In this document: one piece after another, positions 49,893 to 51,841 of the stretch | Layout of the letters: the number at the start of each line of letters is the position of its first letter | Position numbering within the stretch: the first letter of the stretch is position 1 | Assembly: GCA_043811855.1 (NCBI GenBank) | Contig: JBDRMT010000039.1 | Coordinates: forward strand, 1 to 51,841 | Source of the DNA: an archaeon | GTDB taxonomy: Archaea > Nanobdellota > Nanobdellia > Pacearchaeales > GW2011-AR1 | Length of the DNA: 51,841 nucleotides | Direction: 5' to 3' | Made by a program: the position numbers and the translations under genes | Notes under the pieces: generated by a model | The model's database searches: none | Seen by the model: only the letters and a program-made list of their open reading frames with translations | Told to the model about the DNA's origin: nothing

Positions 49893-49999
49893 GATAATAT
49901 TAAATAAAAACCTCCAAGAACTATTAATGCTATAACTATTCCAATTACTAAATAAATTATTTTTTCTTTTATTGAAAGGTTGCTTTTAATGAATGGCAT
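49889..49999 (-). CDS. Tiny single-TM peptide (36 aa), not in the ORF track
   Basis: My own translation is MPFIKSNLSIKEKIIYLVIGIVIALIVLGGFYLILS. Confidence 0.35.
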   Translation of the reverse strand: MPFIKSNLSIKEKIIYLVIGIVIALIVLGGFYLILS

Positions 50000-50329
50000 A
50001 TTATTAAGAGTAAACAATTATATTTAAGTCTTACTTATTTTTAATTTTATCCCAAGATTTTACCCTACCAGCTCTTATATCTTCTAGTCCTTTAATTAAC
50101 TTTATCAATAAATCTTTATTTAAACTTGATCTTTTTTTACTATTTTTATTTATTGGTTTATTGTTTGTCATGTTATAGTTTTTATTTTAGCATATTTGTA
50201 TACTCTTAACCTAAGATGCGAGACTTCTTTTGCTTAAATTTAATAGGCTTATCTTGTAGTTATGTAAGTTATTAATATGTTTAATCTTAAAAAGAATAGA
50301 TTTTAAAGGTTAAAAAGGGTTGTTATTTT

Positions 50330-51841
50330 ATGAAAATTCCACAACCAAATGAGATTAGAAAGCCTTCAAAGACATTAGCAGGTGTAACTCCGATTGCAGT
50401 TATGTGTAGGCCTAAAAAATGTAGACATGGTACTTGTGTTTATTGTCCTAGTTTAAATGTTCCTCAAAGTTATACACCTAAGAGTCCTCCTGTATTACGT
50501 GCAAGCCGTTTGAGTTATGATGCTTTTGAGCAGGTTAAGTCCAGACTAAAAGCATTTAAATTAATGAATCATCCAACTGGCAAGATTGAAATTATCATAA
50601 TGGGGGGTGATTTTTTAGGGTTTTCAGTTAAATATCAAGAAAAATTTGTTAAGAATATTTATGATGCTTTAAATTGTAGGAAAAGCAAGAGTTTAGAAGA
50701 AGCTAAAAATAGAAACCAGAAAACAAAGCATAGATGTGTTGCATTATGTATTGAAACAAGGCCAGATAGTATTAATAAAAAATCTGTTCAAAGAATATTA
50801 GGTTTTGGTTGCACAAGGGTTGAGTTAGGGGTTCAGTGTTTAGATGATAAAATTTATAAAAAAGTTAAAAGAGGGCATCTAGTTGAAGATGTTATTGAAG
50901 CAACAGAGATGTTAAAGAATAATTCTTTCAAGGTCGGTTATCATATGATGTTAGGTTTGCCTGGAAGTAATGCTAGAAAAGATCTTGAAATGTTTAAAAA
51001 ATTGTTTAAAGATGAAAGATTTAAACCTGATCAATTAAAAATTTATCCTTGCCAGGTTATTGAGGGTTCTGTTTTAAGTAACTGGCATAAAAAAGGAAAA
51101 TATAAACCTTACTCAAAGGTTAATATTCAAAAGCTAATAATTAAAATAATGAAGATAATTCCAAATTATTGCAGGGTTATGAGAATTATGAGAGAGATTC
51201 CTCCAGACTATTTAGTTTCAGGAACAACTAGAATTGATTTAAGAAAAGATATTGATGATGAATTAAAAAAAGAAAAAATTAAGATTAATGAGATAAGGTT
51301 TAGAGAAATTGGTTTTGCAATAAGAGATTTAAAGCCTGGTAAAAAAGTAAATAATAAGTTAAAATTAAAAGTTAGTAAGTATCAATCTTCTGGTGGTGAG
51401 GAATATTTTTTAGAATTTGTTAATAAGGATGATATTTTATTTGGTTTAGCTAGATTAAGGGTATTTGGAGAGAGTCTTAGTAATAATAAAGATAACACGA
51501 GAGGTAAGAGGTTAATAGATAAAAATATTAGTAATCTTAAAAATAAGACGATAAGTAAGTCTCTTGAAGTTAGAGGAGTTAGCTGTAAAAATACTGAGAA
51601 TAAAAAAATAGCTTTTGTTAGAGAGGTTCATGTTTATGGAAAAGCTCTTGGAATTGGTGAAAAAGCTAAGATGATTGGGCAACATTCAGGTTTAGGAAAA
51701 AAACTTATGAAAGAAATTGAAGATATTTGTAAGAAAGAAAAGGTTAAGGAGTTAAAAGTTATTTCAGGAGTAGGTGTTAGAGAGTATTATAAAAAACTAG
51801 GTTATAAGTTAGATAAAGAAAAAACTTATATGATTAAAGAA
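50330..51841 (+). CDS. elp3: Elp3-type tRNA U34 modification radical-SAM/GNAT enzyme, 3'-partial (runs off the window)
   Basis: My own translation runs MKIPQPNEIRKPSKTLAGVTPIAVMCRPKKCRHGTCVYCP... (radical-SAM Cys cluster), ...RVELGVQCLDD..., ...REVHVYGKALGIGEK...HSGLGKKLMKEIE (GNAT). It is absent from the track because no stop lies within the window. Confidence 0.85.
   Translation, partial: MKIPQPNEIRKPSKTLAGVTPIAVMCRPKKCRHGTCVYCPSLNVPQSYTPKSPPVLRASRLSYDAFEQVKSRLKAFKLMNHPTGKIEIIIMGGDFLGFSVKYQEKFVKNIYDALNCRKSKSLEEAKNRNQKTKHRCVALCIETRPDSINKKSVQRILGFGCTRVELGVQCLDDKIYKKVKRGHLVEDVIEATEMLKNNSFKVGYHMMLGLPGSNARKDLEMFKKLFKDERFKPDQLKIYPCQVIEGSVLSNWHKKGKYKPYSKVNIQKLIIKIMKIIPNYCRVMRIMREIPPDYLVSGTTRIDLRKDIDDELKKEKIKINEIRFREIGFAIRDLKPGKKVNNKLKLKVSKYQSSGGEEYFLEFVNKDDILFGLARLRVFGESLSNNKDNTRGKRLIDKNISNLKNKTISKSLEVRGVSCKNTENKKIAFVREVHVYGKALGIGEKAKMIGQHSGLGKKLMKEIEDICKKEKVKELKVISGVGVREYYKKLGYKLDKEKTYMIKE

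Noticed and set aside
50031-50171. 46-aa minus-strand ORF (MTNNKPINKNSKKRSSLNKDLLIKLIKGLEDIRAGRVKSWDKIKNK), possibly antitoxin-like
   Set aside because: It is too short, has no partner gene and shows only a vague resemblance to antitoxin C-termini. It is left unannotated.

Overview
This is a strongly AT-rich, tightly packed prokaryotic window with many ATGA/TAATG start-stop overlaps and GGAGG-type RBSs. The gene content is most consistent with a small-genome DPANN-type archaeon, but a CPR bacterium cannot be excluded from sequence alone. Supporting features are an Elp3-type radical-SAM/GNAT enzyme, K-G-Q class-III-like signal peptides, TATA-like AT boxes, a short tgt and DNA gyrase. The window has four blocks.

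(1) 1-8.6 kb is a surface-glycan locus flanked by a truncated IS. It encodes a methyltransferase, an Stf0-like sulfotransferase, several GT-A/GT-B glycosyltransferases and a Wzm/Wzt-type ABC exporter.

(2) 8.8-18.6 kb is a gyrB-(4 small genes)-gyrA-CYTH operon. Both gyrase subunits are interrupted by closely related HNH-type inteins. The operon is preceded by a free-standing LAGLIDADG homing endonuclease gene.

(3) 20.4-44.7 kb is the most unusual part. A two-gene module is iterated five times: a ~250-280 aa protein with an MK[KR]GQTT pilin-like N-terminus and conserved Cys/GxQGG motifs, followed by a 520-910 aa secreted protein with no recognisable domains. Interspersed are putative lipoproteins and a bacterial-type truB, with an intact IS (rve transposase with a candidate -1 frameshift site) next to the fifth copy. 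The block ends with a rhomboid protease gene directly upstream of a 1591 aa membrane-anchored protein carrying a canonical C-terminal Fic motif. I interpret this block as an uncharacterised surface or host-interaction system. That reading is inference.

(4) 44.7-51.8 kb is tRNA-centred housekeeping: tgt, tRNA-His immediately upstream of hisS, a SAM methyltransferase and a partial elp3, plus small membrane proteins.

Non-coding oddities are a perfect 44-bp tandem duplication in a divergent promoter, a 66-bp palindrome-bearing duplication between two GT genes, and a ~90-nt intergenic element present twice. No rRNA or CRISPR array was seen.
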